A stretch of DNA of 63,656 bases, the filler included. It is 4 parts of 4 records of this genome, joined end to end, with 100 filler letters (N's around TTAATTAATTAA, not from the genome) between each part and the next. Parts side by side here need not be neighbours in the genome. Positions count along the whole stretch, not along the records: positions 46,191 to 63,656 come from SRR9188677_157; 3 more parts are not named here. One strand, written 5' to 3'. The position numbers were made by a program, and so were the translations under genes. Positions 52,902 to 63,656 of this stretch are shown here, one piece after another; position 1 is the stretch's first letter, and each line of letters opens with the position of its first letter. The notes below the pieces were generated by a model that worked only from the letters and a program-made list of their open reading frames with translations, ran no database searches and had not been told where the DNA came from.

Positions 52902-54169
52902 CTTTGAATTTGATTAAAAGAAATTCTAAAAATTTTACGGCGTTTTCGCCCTTTACCTTTTCTATAAACCCTCGAACCGATAAAATTTAAACCAATCAAA
53001 AAAGAATCCTTCTTCAAACGCTTTTGATACCGAACAAATAAACGCCTTGGAACTTCGTTATACACTTTCTTGAAAGTTTTTTGAAAACTCGCAATCTTTA
53101 AGCCCCACTTCTTTGACTTCTTAAATTTAAACTTCTTGTTGTATTTTTTAGACCTTAATAAAAACAATTCATTACGGTTCTTTTGACGTTGAAAAAACGC
53201 AGTTTCCGTCTTTAATAAATTAAAAGAACCGGTACCATAACGACTTAGTAAGATCGAATATGGTAATAATTTTCTTTTGGCTTTTAAAATCATTCGACTT
53301 CTACGTAAAGCAAAAAAACGTCCTCGCATACTCTGACGTTTTTTTTTCATCACGGTAACGCCAAAATAATGTAAAATACGACGATACAGAGCAAAACTGA
53401 ACTGCGAAACATTAGAAGTACGTACAGACCCTCTTGTATTCATTCGAACAGCGAGCTTTGACACACTCCTATTTGTCCTCCGTAATAACCTTTTAATCCT
53501 TTTAGAATTAATTCTCTTTAACGCTAGAGATAAAACCTTTTGTAAGAAAGTAGTTCTTCTCATACAAAAACCTGTGCTCAAAGCTCCTAAAATGTTTAAA
53601 TAAAACAAACCTAACGAAAATTCCGAAGAATCATTCCCGGGAATCATATAAAACACTCCATAAGGACGTACATTAGTATCTGTAAAACCTATCGTCGGAA
53701 TCTTAAACTTTAAACATTCAAATAATACATCATAAGAACGTTTTACACTTGATAAAACAAAAATAGATGGAAATTTAAAAAAATTAATACACACAGAATT
53801 CCTTTTTATACGCCACTTATCTCTATACAAATACCGACCACTCCAAAATTTCCTATAATTAGTTAAAGTGCCAGGAAACCAATAACCCCAAAAAACTATC
53901 TGTCCCCATTTCTTCGAGAATAATTTTATCCAATGCAATACACTTTTACTCGCATCACTGAAACCAACCAAACCATACCCTTTTATAACGGCACTTAACA
54001 ACTTACTACTTTTACGCATCGCTAATAAAGTCACTTCAAGATCAATCAGAACCTTATTTTGAAAAACACGCTCCATAAAATAAGAATATCCTTTATCCCA
54101 AGAACCCGCTTCATTACCTAGATGCATCTTACTTTCAATTAATTGACTTAAATTTAATCTTAAAAGCAT
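52898..54169 (-). CDS. rps2: Ribosomal protein S2 with a long basic C-terminal extension
   Basis: HLG, W..GTLTN, IPTIG..DTN and IPGND motifs within aa 1-200. Confidence 0.88.
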
Positions 54170-54172
54170 TAT

Positions 54173-55678
54173 CTACATAAAAACATAACAACTTAAAGAT
54201 AAAATTGGACTTTCTACCAAATAAATAAACCATACAGGTAAAAATAACAATATTAAATTAACAGCACCACTTGCAAACAACACCAAACTATTAAAAAATG
54301 GCATCGGCAACACGAACAATTGTACCGCTACATCCTTGGAAATATCAAAAAATAACAAACGAACCAACCGCAAATAATAAAAAACACTAATCACAGTTAC
54401 TAAAAGTACAAAAATACATAAAAAAAAAAAATCGGACCAGACCAAATTATAAAACACTAAAAATTTTGATAAAAAACCACCCATAGGAGGTAAACCCGCT
54501 AATGAAAAAACCAAAATACAAAATAAAATACACGACACCGGAACACTAAAAAATAATCCCTTTAATTCACTTAAACGCTTAATCTTTAAACCATCTTCTG
54601 ATCGTATACCCAACAAAAAACTAAAAAGTCCAAAAGTTATACTAATATAAATTATAAAATAAATATGACCCGCCACCAAACCAGAAAAATTACCTACACA
54701 AAAACTTAAACCAATAAAGCCCGTATTCGCGATTGTACTGAAAGCCAATAACCTTTTTATTCGTGTTTGTAATAAAGCACCCAACGTTCCATATAAAATA
54801 GAACATATACTACTCACTAACAAAAATTTATAAAAATAATTATCATTTGGAATAGCAAAAAAAATTGTTATAAACCTTGTTAACACATTTAAAAGCGCAA
54901 TTTTTGGTACAACAGAAAAAAACAATGTTATAATCGTAGGCGCTCCTTCATAAACATCGGGAATCCAATTACTAAAAGGAAATAATCCCAACTTAAAAAA
55001 AACACCTAAAAAAATAAAAGATATACCAACAACTAAATTATAATCAAACATTTGAATACTCGCACAAAACAATGCATAATCACTCAAATTTGTTAAACCA
55101 CTTACACCATATAACAAACTTATACCAAACAAAATTAAACATGACGCAACAGAACCCATAATAAAATATTTCAAACCAGATTCAACCGAATAAATGCGAT
55201 TATACTTTAACGCAGCTAAAATATACAATGGTAAACTTTGCAGTTCCAAGCCAACATAAAATAAAATTAAATCATTCGAGCTTATGACTAACAACATACC
55301 TAAAACAGCCAACAAAATCAACAAACTAAATTCATATGCCTTAAATTTCTCATACTCCACATAAGATAAACTTAATAAAAAAAATACAATAGTAGAACCT
55401 ATTAAAAGAACTTTACAAAACGAACTATACTCGGTTACCGAATACAAAGAAGTACTTGTAAGCAGAACATTAAAATCATAAAGAAATAATAAATTAATTA
55501 AGAATAATACACTTATTAAAATACTAAAACCTATTAATACTTGAGATAACCAATTTGAACTTTTAAATTCTAAACGACTTAAATACAAACCAAAACAAAT
55601 TAGAAGAACAATCGCTGTTCCAAACGCAAATTCGGGAATTTCAAAAACCCTTAATTCAATTCTTTGTAAAATTGCCAT
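54173..55678 (-). CDS. nad2: NADH dehydrogenase subunit 2
   Basis: LELQSL..Y.LA, ESGLKYF, FKLG..PF..W.PDVYEGAP and FSLAGLPP..GF..K. Confidence 0.96.
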   Translation of the reverse strand: MAILQRIELRVFEIPEFAFGTAIVLLICFGLYLSRLEFKSSNWLSQVLIGFSILISVLFLINLLFLYDFNVLLTSTSLYSVTEYSSFCKVLLIGSTIVFFLLSLSYVEYEKFKAYEFSLLILLAVLGMLLVISSNDLILFYVGLELQSLPLYILAALKYNRIYSVESGLKYFIMGSVASCLILFGISLLYGVSGLTNLSDYALFCASIQMFDYNLVVGISFIFLGVFFKLGLFPFSNWIPDVYEGAPTIITLFFSVVPKIALLNVLTRFITIFFAIPNDNYFYKFLLVSSICSILYGTLGALLQTRIKRLLAFSTIANTGFIGLSFCVGNFSGLVAGHIYFIIYISITFGLFSFLLGIRSEDGLKIKRLSELKGLFFSVPVSCILFCILVFSLAGLPPMGGFLSKFLVFYNLVWSDFFFLCIFVLLVTVISVFYYLRLVRLLFFDISKDVAVQLFVLPMPFFNSLVLFASGAVNLILLFLPVWFIYLVESPILSLSCYVFM

Positions 55679-55682
55679 AGTT

Positions 55683-57398
55683 TTAATACTTTTCTACATA
55701 AAATAAATTGTAACAAAAATCTTCAATAAAATCAAAATAATATACAGAACCTATACCAAATATTAATACAATAACAAATAAAAAACCTAAAATACAAAAT
55801 TCACTTCGCGTTAGATCAGAAAAACCATACAACGTATAAGCCCTTAAAGAACCAAACATTACACGATTATACAACCATATCGAATAAACCGCACTAAAAA
55901 CTAAACCTATACCGGACACTACAAACAAAAATAAATTTTGACGAACCAAACCTATTGAAACTAGAAATTCACCTACAAAACTACTTGTTCCAGGAAAACC
56001 CATATTTGCAACCAAGAAAAATAACAAAAAAAAACTGTAAACAGGCATTAACAAAGTTAATCCTCCATAATAATAAATATTACGGGTATGATAACGATCA
56101 TATAACATACCAACACAAAAAAATAAAGCTCCAGACACAATACCATGACTCAACATTAAAAATACAGATCCTACAAACGCTTGAAAGTCAAAGGCAAACA
56201 AACCCAAAACCACAAAATTCATATGTACAATTGAAGAATAGGCTATTATTTTTTTCAAATCAATTTGGCGCAGTGTACTAAACGAACAATAAATAATACC
56301 TAATAAACTAAAAAACATAACAACAGGGGCCATAAACTCATTATATTCGCTAAAAATAGACAAGGAAACACGAATCATTCCAAAACCTCCTAATTTTAAC
56401 AAAACACCTGCCAATAAAACCGAACCTGCTGTTGGAGCTTCCACATGCGCTTCAGGTAACCAAATATGAACTGGAAACATTGGTATTTTTGCTGCAAACG
56501 CAATGAAAAAAAAAAACCAAAGAATAATACCCGCTACAAAAGGTAATAAACTAGTTTTATTAAATAAAGTACTTAATAAAATCATATCACACGAACCTAA
56601 CTGAACATACAAAAATAAAATTCCTATTAACATAAAAATAGACCCAAATAAAGTATATAAAAAAAATTGATAAGCCGCATGAATTTTTCGTTCTCTTGAA
56701 CCCCAAATTCCAATCATTAAAAACATTGGAATTAAAATAGACTCAAAATAAATATAAAACCATAATAAATCACCAGAAAAAAATACATTATACAATAAAA
56801 ATTCAATTAAAAATAACAAAATTATATTTAAATTTAAAAACTTTAAATTAGATTCAATATTATACAAGATACATAAAAAGATTAAAAAACCAGTTAATAA
56901 ACTAAAAGAAAGACTCAATTCATCCACAATCACATCACTCTCAAAACCAAACCAATCCTCACCCGCAAAAAACCTTATAAAAAAATTACGATTCTCTGGA
57001 AATTGAACATAAAGTGATTGAATATCTAAAGTGCGTTTATATAAAATATTATATGGAACTAATGTTAAAATACAATTTAAAATAAGCAAAACTATCAAAA
57101 ACACACAATTACCTAAAGAAATCCATAACGACATCTTTGGAAAATTCTTGAAAAAAATAAAACCGATCAAAATAATTAAACCCATATAGGACATACCATC
57201 ATACAAAAAAACTTCTATACGGTCTAAAAAAATAATTAAATTTCCCGCTTTAAGTGTCGGTGCTAATAATAAATAATCTGAATCATACACAACTGAACCA
57301 AAAAACAATTCAACTAATTCATTCACGTGATATTTTGGGGAATAATATAAAGATTCCGCCTGCTTTTGCAACGATATTGCCGTATTTATATTGACCAT
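55683..57398 (-). CDS. nad4: NADH dehydrogenase subunit 4 (N-terminal extension; start uncertain)
   Basis: FES.LIPM, K.PM.P.H.WLPEAHVEAPTAGSV.LAG..LKLG and IIAYSS..HM. Confidence 0.96.
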   Translation of the reverse strand: MVNINTAISLQKQAESLYYSPKYHVNELVELFFGSVVYDSDYLLLAPTLKAGNLIIFLDRIEVFLYDGMSYMGLIILIGFIFFKNFPKMSLWISLGNCVFLIVLLILNCILTLVPYNILYKRTLDIQSLYVQFPENRNFFIRFFAGEDWFGFESDVIVDELSLSFSLLTGFLIFLCILYNIESNLKFLNLNIILLFLIEFLLYNVFFSGDLLWFYIYFESILIPMFLMIGIWGSRERKIHAAYQFFLYTLFGSIFMLIGILFLYVQLGSCDMILLSTLFNKTSLLPFVAGIILWFFFFIAFAAKIPMFPVHIWLPEAHVEAPTAGSVLLAGVLLKLGGFGMIRVSLSIFSEYNEFMAPVVMFFSLLGIIYCSFSTLRQIDLKKIIAYSSIVHMNFVVLGLFAFDFQAFVGSVFLMLSHGIVSGALFFCVGMLYDRYHTRNIYYYGGLTLLMPVYSFFLLFFLVANMGFPGTSSFVGEFLVSIGLVRQNLFLFVVSGIGLVFSAVYSIWLYNRVMFGSLRAYTLYGFSDLTRSEFCILGFLFVIVLIFGIGSVYYFDFIEDFCYNLFYVEKY

Positions 57399-57416
57399 TT
57401 GTTTTACCAATTTCGA

Positions 57417-57695
57417 TTAAGATAAGCCTTTTAAAAGGTGACTAACCCTTGAACAAACCCAGACATTCAACACTAAAGGTGATGTTAAATTAAATGTTTT
57501 ATAAACATCATACTTTAGCATACGCACTTTTAATTTTACTGCAACAATTGAAGAAGTACTAAAAAGTTTTATCATTACACCCCAAACAAGATGATAAATA
57601 AAACCCTCCTCTCCAAATTCTAAGATCTTAAGACCAATCACAGATCCTTTTTTTATAGATGTTTTTAAACCTTTTAACGGAAATTTTAAAATCAT
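57417..57695 (-). CDS. rpl19: Putative divergent ribosomal protein L19
   Basis: The pattern IKKGSVI.LKI...GV.I...V..TF.L.SP.V..V.V aligns by eye to the bL19 core (G-D-x-V...GV.I...VE..F..HSP.V..I.V). Confidence 0.6.
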   Translation of the reverse strand: MILKFPLKGLKTSIKKGSVIGLKILEFGEEGFIYHLVWGVMIKLFSTSSIVAVKLKVRMLKYDVYKTFNLTSPLVLNVWVCSRVSHLLKGLS

Positions 57696-57725
57696 AGTAA
57701 TAGCTATTTTAATATATTGAAGGAA

Positions 57726-57797
57726 AGGCTAGAATCGGACTTGAACCGATATATTAAATTTTGCAAATTTATACATTAACCATTATGTTATCTAGCT
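57726..57797 (-). tRNA. trnC: mt tRNA-Cys(GCA)
   Basis: Loop TT-GCA-AA and U73; acceptor AGCTAGA/TCTAGCC has A1xC72. Confidence 0.92.
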
Positions 57798-58045
57798 TTC
57801 CCCATCAGAACTAAATAAAAAACAAATAAAAATAATACTCGAGAAATACGTACCGTTGGAATACTTTTTCGTTTTAAAGACCATTTAACTTCATTTAAGC
57901 GCAACGAAATAAATGAATAATTAGACTTAATTAATAAATCCTTTTTCCATGAACCTAATTTCTTTAAAACTTTATGACCCGATACGGCGCATAGCACACC
58001 AGTTTTTGACGAACCTGCTCTAGGGTTTTTTACTAAAATTTTCAT
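57788..58045 (-). CDS. rps16: Putative divergent ribosomal protein S16
   Basis: 85-aa basic ORF from ATG 58045; KVLKKLGSW...ISLRLNEVKWSL.....PT.RI..VL resembles bS16 (FIE.LG.Y...L....I..WL..GA.PT..V..LL). Confidence 0.6.
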   Translation of the reverse strand: MKILVKNPRAGSSKTGVLCAVSGHKVLKKLGSWKKDLLIKSNYSFISLRLNEVKWSLKRKSIPTVRISRVLFLFVFYLVLMGKAR

Positions 58046-58062
58046 GTTTGATAAATAAAATC

Positions 58063-58135
58063 GTGTGAGTAGCTCAGTGGTTAGAGTAGAAGTTTGAAAA
58101 ACTTTTGGTCGGCGGTTCAAATCCGCCCTCACACA
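58063..58135 (+). tRNA. trnF: mt tRNA-Phe(GAA)
   Basis: Perfect GTGTGAG/CTCACAC acceptor and loop TT-GAA-AA. Confidence 0.95.
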
Positions 58136-58138
58136 TAA

Positions 58139-58221
58139 ATCCGCTTGGTGGAATGGTAGACACGGTAAACTCAAAATTTATTTTCCTAACGGAAATATCG
58201 GTTCAAGTCCGGTAGCGGATA
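58139..58221 (+). tRNA. trnL: mt tRNA-Leu(CAA)
   Basis: Perfect ATCCGCT/AGCGGAT acceptor, loop CT-CAA-AA and a long variable arm TTTCC-TAAC-GGAAA. Confidence 0.94.
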
Positions 58222-58242
58222 ACACAATTAAAAAAATATTCT

Positions 58243-59022
58243 TTAATGACCTGGCTCAGAAAATGAATCATTTAAATAAATACTTACCAACACCGCAAAA
58301 ACATAAGCTTGCAAAAACGCAATACCAACCTCTAAAAAAAAAATTAAAATAACTAAAACCAATGGTATTAAAGGTAAAAAATCAAAAAACGATACGCTAC
58401 CATTTATAAAAGCAATATTACCTTTTACATAAAACGATGTTAAAATAAACAACAAGGCATGACCAGAAGTCATATTTGCAAATAACCGAATTGCCAAACT
58501 AAACATTCGAGACAAATAAGATACAAATTCAATTACAACTAAAAACGGTACTAAGGCAACTGGAACATCCTTCGGGACAAATAAATTTAAAAATTTCAAA
58601 CCATGACGCTCAAAACCCAAAATCGTTAAACCAGTAAAAAACATAAAACTTAACGTAAATGTTGTCATTAAATGACTTGTTAATGTAAAACCAAATGGAA
58701 ATAAGCCAAAAACATTAAACACCAAAATCGAAACAAACAAAGTCATTAATAAAGGAAAGTAGTCTTTCGCTTTTGTACCTACTTGCTGCAAAATAATACT
58801 ATAGATAAAATTATATAAACTCTCTAAACTAAATAAATAAACATTTGGAATCAAAAAACCATTAACAAAATTAGAAGCAGCCAAAAAAAATACAACCGTA
58901 AAAAGTGAAATACAAATCATTTCTAATAAATAATTTGTTATAAATAATTTTATACCAAATAAAATTTCCGTGTGGGAAATAAAAAAAATTTCAAATTGTT
59001 CTAACGGGGAAAAATATAACAT
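58243..59022 (-). CDS. atp6: ATP synthase F0 subunit a
   Basis: SPLEQF, SLAIRLFANM.SGH and LE..IAFLQAYVF. Confidence 0.97.
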   Translation of the reverse strand: MLYFSPLEQFEIFFISHTEILFGIKLFITNYLLEMICISLFTVVFFLAASNFVNGFLIPNVYLFSLESLYNFIYSIILQQVGTKAKDYFPLLMTLFVSILVFNVFGLFPFGFTLTSHLMTTFTLSFMFFTGLTILGFERHGLKFLNLFVPKDVPVALVPFLVVIEFVSYLSRMFSLAIRLFANMTSGHALLFILTSFYVKGNIAFINGSVSFFDFLPLIPLVLVILIFFLEVGIAFLQAYVFAVLVSIYLNDSFSEPGH

Positions 59023-59023
59023 C

Positions 59024-60178
59024 TTATTTTACTACTGATTTTTCATACTGTCCTTCAAGCCATTCTATCGCAGGTAACACAATGAAAAAATGAGCAAAAT
59101 AATAAAATGTGCTTACTTTACTCAAACTTAAATATGGCTCCTCCAAAGGCATCCCGCCTATCCAAAATAAAATAAAAAAATTAAAAATAAATAACCAAAA
59201 AAAAAACGTTCCAATTAATTTAAATCTTGCAGAACGACATATTGGTTTAACATAATACGGGATAATGACTAATATTAAAATAGCAAACAATAATAGAACA
59301 ACACCCAATAATTTATTTGGAACAGAACGTAAAATCGCATAAAAAGGTAAAAAATACCATTCCGGAACAATATGAGCCGGTGTTGATTGTGGATTAGCTG
59401 GAATATAGTTATCAGGATGACCTAAATAATCTGGATATGCCAACATAAAAACCAACATAATATAAGTACAAAATACAATACCATGAATATCTTTAACCAA
59501 ATAATAAGGCATTAACGGAACATCATCGTATTTTTTAAACGAAACACCTAACGGATTGTTAGAACCATGTTCATGTAATAAAACAATATGTAATAATACT
59601 AAACCTAAAATTAAAAAGGACAACGTATAATGTAAACTGAAAAATCGATTTAATGTCACAGTACTAACAGAAAATCCACCCCAAAGCCATTTTAAAATAT
59701 CAACTCCAATAACGGGTACCGTCGAAACTAAATTAGTAATTACTGTTGCAGCCCAATAACTCATTTGACCCCAAGGTAAAACATAACCCAAAAACGCAGT
59801 GATAATCATAACTAAAAAAATAATTACACCAACAATCCACAACAATTCTCTTGGTTTACTATATGATGAATAATACAAACCACGAAAAATATGTAAATAT
59901 ACCAATAAAAAAAAAAATGAAGCACCGTTAGCATGCCAATAACGTAAAAACCAACCATAATTTACATCACGCATTATATGTTCAACACTATTAAATGCCA
60001 TATCCGTATGCGGTATATAATGCATTGCTAAAAAAATACCGGTCAATAATTGTAATACAAAAACAAACAAGATCAACGAACCAAAATTCCAGAGATAATT
60101 TAAATTCGACGGACTTGGATAATGCCAAGCACTTCTATAAATTGCTAATAAAAAATGAAACTGTTTTATTAAACGCAT
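59024..60178 (-). CDS. cob: Apocytochrome b
   Basis: [31 protein letters not shown] and PEWYFL. Confidence 0.99.
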   Translation of the reverse strand: MRLIKQFHFLLAIYRSAWHYPSPSNLNYLWNFGSLILFVFVLQLLTGIFLAMHYIPHTDMAFNSVEHIMRDVNYGWFLRYWHANGASFFFLLVYLHIFRGLYYSSYSKPRELLWIVGVIIFLVMIITAFLGYVLPWGQMSYWAATVITNLVSTVPVIGVDILKWLWGGFSVSTVTLNRFFSLHYTLSFLILGLVLLHIVLLHEHGSNNPLGVSFKKYDDVPLMPYYLVKDIHGIVFCTYIMLVFMLAYPDYLGHPDNYIPANPQSTPAHIVPEWYFLPFYAILRSVPNKLLGVVLLLFAILILVIIPYYVKPICRSARFKLIGTFFFWLFIFNFFILFWIGGMPLEEPYLSLSKVSTFYYFAHFFIVLPAIEWLEGQYEKSVVK

Positions 60179-60184
60179 AAAATT

Positions 60185-61363
60185 TTAACGATCTACTTCT
60201 CCAAAAACTATATCTTGAGTTCCAATAATAGTAACAACATCCGCAATCATATGCCCTTTGGACATAAAATCTAACCCTTGCAAATGAAAAAATCCTGGTG
60301 AACGAATTCTACAACGATAAGGCTTATTAGTACCATCAGAAACTAAAAACACACCAAACTCACCTTTCGGCGCTTCAACTGCCCTATATATACTACCTTG
60401 GGGCACTACAAAACCTTCAGAAAACAATTTAAAATGGTGAATTAAAGACTCCATCGAGTGCTTCATATGAGCACGCGTCGGTGGAACAACTTTATTATTT
60501 TCCGTTTTTACAGGTCCAGACTCAATCAAATTGATACATTGATTCAAAATACATATACTTTGACGCATCTCATGAATACGAATCAAATACCGGTCATAAC
60601 AATCACCATTTAAACCAATAGGAACATCAAATGAAATAGATTCATAAATTTCATAAGGTTGATTTTTACGCAAATCCCATGAAACACCCGAACCTCTAAC
60701 CATTACTCCAGTAAAACCATGATTTAAAGCCTCTTCTGCACTGACAACACCTATATCAACCAACCTTTCTTTCCAAATCCTATTACCAGTTAATAATTCT
60801 TCTAACTCATCAACTCTTGCGCTGAACTGTACAATAAATGTATAAATATCATCCAATAAACCTACAGGCAAATCCTGATCGACACCACCTGGTCGGATAT
60901 AAGCCGCATGTAATCTAGCACCCGAAACACGCTCATAAAATTCCATTAACTTTTCACGTTCCTCAAAACCCCAAAGAAATGGTGTTAAAGCTCCTACATC
61001 AAGAGCATGCGTGGTAATAGCCAATAAATGATTCAATATTCGAGTAATTTCAGCAAAAATAACACGAATATACTGGGCCCGGACAGGAATTTCACACTGT
61101 AACAAGGATTCCACAGCTAAAGAATAGGCATGTTCTTGGGCCATCATCGAAACATAATCTAAACGATCAAAATAAGGTAAAGCCTGCAAATAATTTTTAG
61201 TTTCAATTAATTTTTCGGTACCACGATGTAACAAACCTATATGTGGATCTGCTCGTTCAACCACCTCTCCATTTAACTCCAATACTAGACGTAAAACTCC
61301 ATGCGCGGCTGGATGTTGCGGACCAAAATTCAATGAAAACGATTTTAATTCTTGTAATTCCAT
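60185..61363 (-). CDS. nad7: NADH dehydrogenase subunit 7
   Basis: [28 protein letters not shown] and [12 protein letters not shown] 61363. Confidence 0.98.
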   Translation of the reverse strand: MELQELKSFSLNFGPQHPAAHGVLRLVLELNGEVVERADPHIGLLHRGTEKLIETKNYLQALPYFDRLDYVSMMAQEHAYSLAVESLLQCEIPVRAQYIRVIFAEITRILNHLLAITTHALDVGALTPFLWGFEEREKLMEFYERVSGARLHAAYIRPGGVDQDLPVGLLDDIYTFIVQFSARVDELEELLTGNRIWKERLVDIGVVSAEEALNHGFTGVMVRGSGVSWDLRKNQPYEIYESISFDVPIGLNGDCYDRYLIRIHEMRQSICILNQCINLIESGPVKTENNKVVPPTRAHMKHSMESLIHHFKLFSEGFVVPQGSIYRAVEAPKGEFGVFLVSDGTNKPYRCRIRSPGFFHLQGLDFMSKGHMIADVVTIIGTQDIVFGEVDR

Positions 61364-61368
61364 AATTT

Positions 61369-61977
61369 TTACCAGTCTTTTACCTCGACATCCCAAGGGC
61401 TTAATCCTTCTTGCAATCTAAATTCTTGACTTATCTCTAAATCAACTGAAACAACACTTTTTTGTTCATCATCATAAAAAACCTCAGTGAAACCACTTAA
61501 CGGAAAATCTTTTCTTAAGGGATAACCCGCAAAACCATAATCCGTTAATATACGACGTAAATCGGGATGATTAGCAAAAAAAACACCGTACATATCCCAA
61601 ACCTCGCGCTCTAACCAATTAGCTCCTTTAAAAACAGGAGTTAGCGAATGAACAAAATCAAACTCACCAGCCATGGTATAAAATAATACCCTAAAATTTA
61701 ATCTTAAACTTGTTAAGTTATAATAAATAGAAAATCTTTTTGATTTCGATGGATAATCAACCGCAAATAAATCAATTAATTGTCTAAAACCAAATAACCC
61801 GTGATCACGCAAAAACAAAAAAATTAATGGTAAATCAGCAGTATTCGCAACTTGAACATGCACAGTCGGGATTTTACAACGAAAATCTAAAAAGAAATTC
61901 TCAACATGCCTTGGAAAAACATCTTGTAAATAACGACAAAACTTTAATTCCGGTGTAAAATAATTATTTATTCCCAT
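61369..61977 (-). CDS. nad9: NADH dehydrogenase subunit 9
   Basis: [17 protein letters not shown] and [25 protein letters not shown] 61977 overlaps the nad3 end by 10 nt. Confidence 0.96.
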   Translation of the reverse strand: MGINNYFTPELKFCRYLQDVFPRHVENFFLDFRCKIPTVHVQVANTADLPLIFLFLRDHGLFGFRQLIDLFAVDYPSKSKRFSIYYNLTSLRLNFRVLFYTMAGEFDFVHSLTPVFKGANWLEREVWDMYGVFFANHPDLRRILTDYGFAGYPLRKDFPLSGFTEVFYDDEQKSVVSVDLEISQEFRLQEGLSPWDVEVKDW

Positions 61978-62342
61978 TCTAACGCCCCTTTTGACCACTC
62001 ATACACAAAACCTACTGTTAAAATAACTAAAAAATAAAACATACTCCAAAACCCAAAACTACCTAAATCAGTAAAAACCAATACCCACGGAAACAAAAAC
62101 GAAACCTCTAAATCAAATATAATAAATAAAATAGCAACCAAATAAAACCTTACATCAAACTTACTTCTAGCATCATCAAACGGAGAAAAACCACACTCAT
62201 ACGGAGATACTTTCTCCACATCACGGTTTTGTAAAATTAAGCGGTACGATAAGAATAAAATTAATGAAGAAATAATAAAAACCAAAATAAATAAAAAAAA
62301 AACAAATTTATAATTTAGAAAAATCCAACTTAAATGTTTCAT
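61968..62342 (-). CDS. nad3: NADH dehydrogenase subunit 3
   Basis: [28 protein letters not shown] and YEW.KGALEW. Confidence 0.97.
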   Translation of the reverse strand: MKHLSWIFLNYKFVFFLFILVFIISSLILFLSYRLILQNRDVEKVSPYECGFSPFDDARSKFDVRFYLVAILFIIFDLEVSFLFPWVLVFTDLGSFGFWSMFYFLVILTVGFVYEWSKGALEWE

Positions 62343-62346
62343 TTAT

Positions 62347-62823
62347 TTAAACTAATAATAACGTTCTACTAAAAAAAAATAAAAAACGATAATGTACAAA
62401 ATTAAGATTAAACATTAAATTATTTAAACTAACAAAATTTAATAAACCCACTAAAATTAAACCATTAGCAATAGAATTTATATAACTAATAAAATTTTTA
62501 ACAGACAAAAATTCACTTAAATACTTAGACAAAATAATACGCAAAGAAACCAAAGTCTTATAAAAAACAAATAAAAATAAAGATTGTTCACTCAAACCTT
62601 TTACAGTTTCATATAAATCTCGTTGTATCGCAGCAAACGAACGAATTAAATTAACACGCAAATTAACCAAACGACCCGTTACATCACGATAAAACAATAC
62701 ACTTAAAACTGAAAAACATAGTGTTCCGCAAAGACCTAATACAAATTCTTCCTGGCCTTCGGCTGTACGTTCGACTACAAACGCAGTCTCTTGCATTATA
62801 TTTACAAATAATAAATTTAACAT
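62347..62823 (-). CDS. atp4: Putative ATP synthase subunit b (atp4/orf25/ymf39)
   Basis: QEEFVLGLC resembles the NEE..(V/I)..C motif before a TM; position next to atp8; 158 aa. Confidence 0.6.
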   Translation of the reverse strand: MLNLLFVNIMQETAFVVERTAEGQEEFVLGLCGTLCFSVLSVLFYRDVTGRLVNLRVNLIRSFAAIQRDLYETVKGLSEQSLFLFVFYKTLVSLRIILSKYLSEFLSVKNFISYINSIANGLILVGLLNFVSLNNLMFNLNFVHYRFLFFFSRTLLLV

Positions 62824-62865
62824 AATTTTAACTCCTAATTATACTTACTTCTTTGGATTAATAAT

Positions 62866-63282
62866 TTAATCAACCCATAAAGAACTTTCTGCTACTTTTA
62901 GAAATGATAATAAAACTTTAACTCTTAAAAAAAAATAATTTAAATTATTCAATAAACTTGAAAAAAATGTATTTTCCAATAGCTTATAAACAAAAATAGA
63001 ATTCCAATTAACAACATGAACAATTGACAACGAATTTACTAAATTTGGCAAATAACCTAAAAACAATGATAACAATTTTAAAAAACCTTTATGGATTAAA
63101 CTTCCAAAAGCCAAACCATCCTTATTTTCGCCTTCTAATTCAAATAATAAAAATTGACGTAATTCAATTTGCATCCGAATTAATGGTAAAATAACCAACC
63201 GAAAGAAAAAATAAAACGCCCAGAAGAAAATAACCATTAAAAAAATCTGATCTAAAAACGTTAACCGATCTAACTGCGGCAT
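62866..63282 (-). CDS. atp8: ATP synthase subunit 8 (orfB type)
   Basis: MPQLD..TF..Q start followed by a TM helix and LP.I....R. Confidence 0.9.
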   Translation of the reverse strand: MPQLDRLTFLDQIFLMVIFFWAFYFFFRLVILPLIRMQIELRQFLLFELEGENKDGLAFGSLIHKGFLKLLSLFLGYLPNLVNSLSIVHVVNWNSIFVYKLLENTFFSSLLNNLNYFFLRVKVLLSFLKVAESSLWVD

Positions 63283-63339
63283 CCGTTCCCCAAAACCAAG
63301 ACAACCCTTCTTTTAGAAACACTCGTTTCTTATTCTTCT

Positions 63340-63656
63340 ATTTTTTTGATTAATAAGTTATTTCTAGCTCCAATTGTTACCAACCGTCAACCTGAAAACT
63401 TAATGATAGTCTTTCACAAATCTAAAATAATAGAAAATTATTATTAAAGCAACCTTCCCAGCTTTATACGATATCAGCGGTTATGTTGTTATACTTAGCG
63501 TCCCAGCAATGCTTTTTAACAACTGGTCAACCAGCGGTATATCTTCTCCGGTCCTCTCGTACTAAGAAAAGAACTTTTCAATCTTCTAACTTTTGCGGCA
63601 GATAGGGACCGAACTGTTTCACAACGTTCTAAACCCAGCTCACGTACCACTTTAAT
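63340..63656 (-). rRNA. rnl: Mitochondrial LSU rRNA, 3' portion (3' end approximate)
   Basis: Minus strand has GTACGTGAGCTGGGTTTAGAACG...CAGTTCGGTCCCTATC and the sarcin-ricin loop AGTACGAGAGGACC (63550-63563). Confidence 0.93.

Noticed and set aside
58046-58174. First 43 codons of the 128-aa ORF
   Set aside because: They are antisense to trnF/trnL; the real ORF starts at ATG 58045.

Overview
The window is four unrelated contigs joined by three 100-nt N spacers, each containing TTAATTAATTAA (9979-10078, 26424-26523, 46091-46190). (1) 1-9978 is an AT-rich Bacteroidota (Cytophagales-like) contig with a T9SS type-B cargo protein, PorP/SprF, a PD40/OmpA protein, signalling genes and a partial PI-PLC. 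(2) 10079-26423 is a similar Bacteroidota contig with a 21/42-bp tandem array, tRNA-Arg(CCG), RluA, PPK2, a small ORF bracketed by inverted REP-like hairpins, two uvrA paralogues, a CBS/hemolysin-family gene, an HK/NtrC pair, an MFS and partial anmK. (3) 26524-46090 is a GC-rich Rhodobacteraceae-like contig with the pyrG end, HdeA-like, TerC, rlmJ, TerB, a polar amino-acid ABC transporter, a putative gamma-glutamylation cluster and phaR/phaP/phaC/phaZ. (4) 46191-63656 is a 17.5-kb, intron-free, standard-code protist mitochondrial fragment running from the rnl 3' end to the rns 5' end, most consistent with Amoebozoa (inference). The strongest signals are in contig 4. Five of nine mt-tRNA genes have mismatches confined to acceptor-stem pairs 1-3, the signature of 5' tRNA editing. 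A 115-nt 5S-rRNA-like fold is hidden in the tRNA cluster. tRNA-His lacks an encoded G-1. Cox2 carries an extra ~65 aa, Cox1 lacks its conserved C-terminus, and divergent rps16 and rpl19 genes are retained. All calls are by eye; no searches were run.
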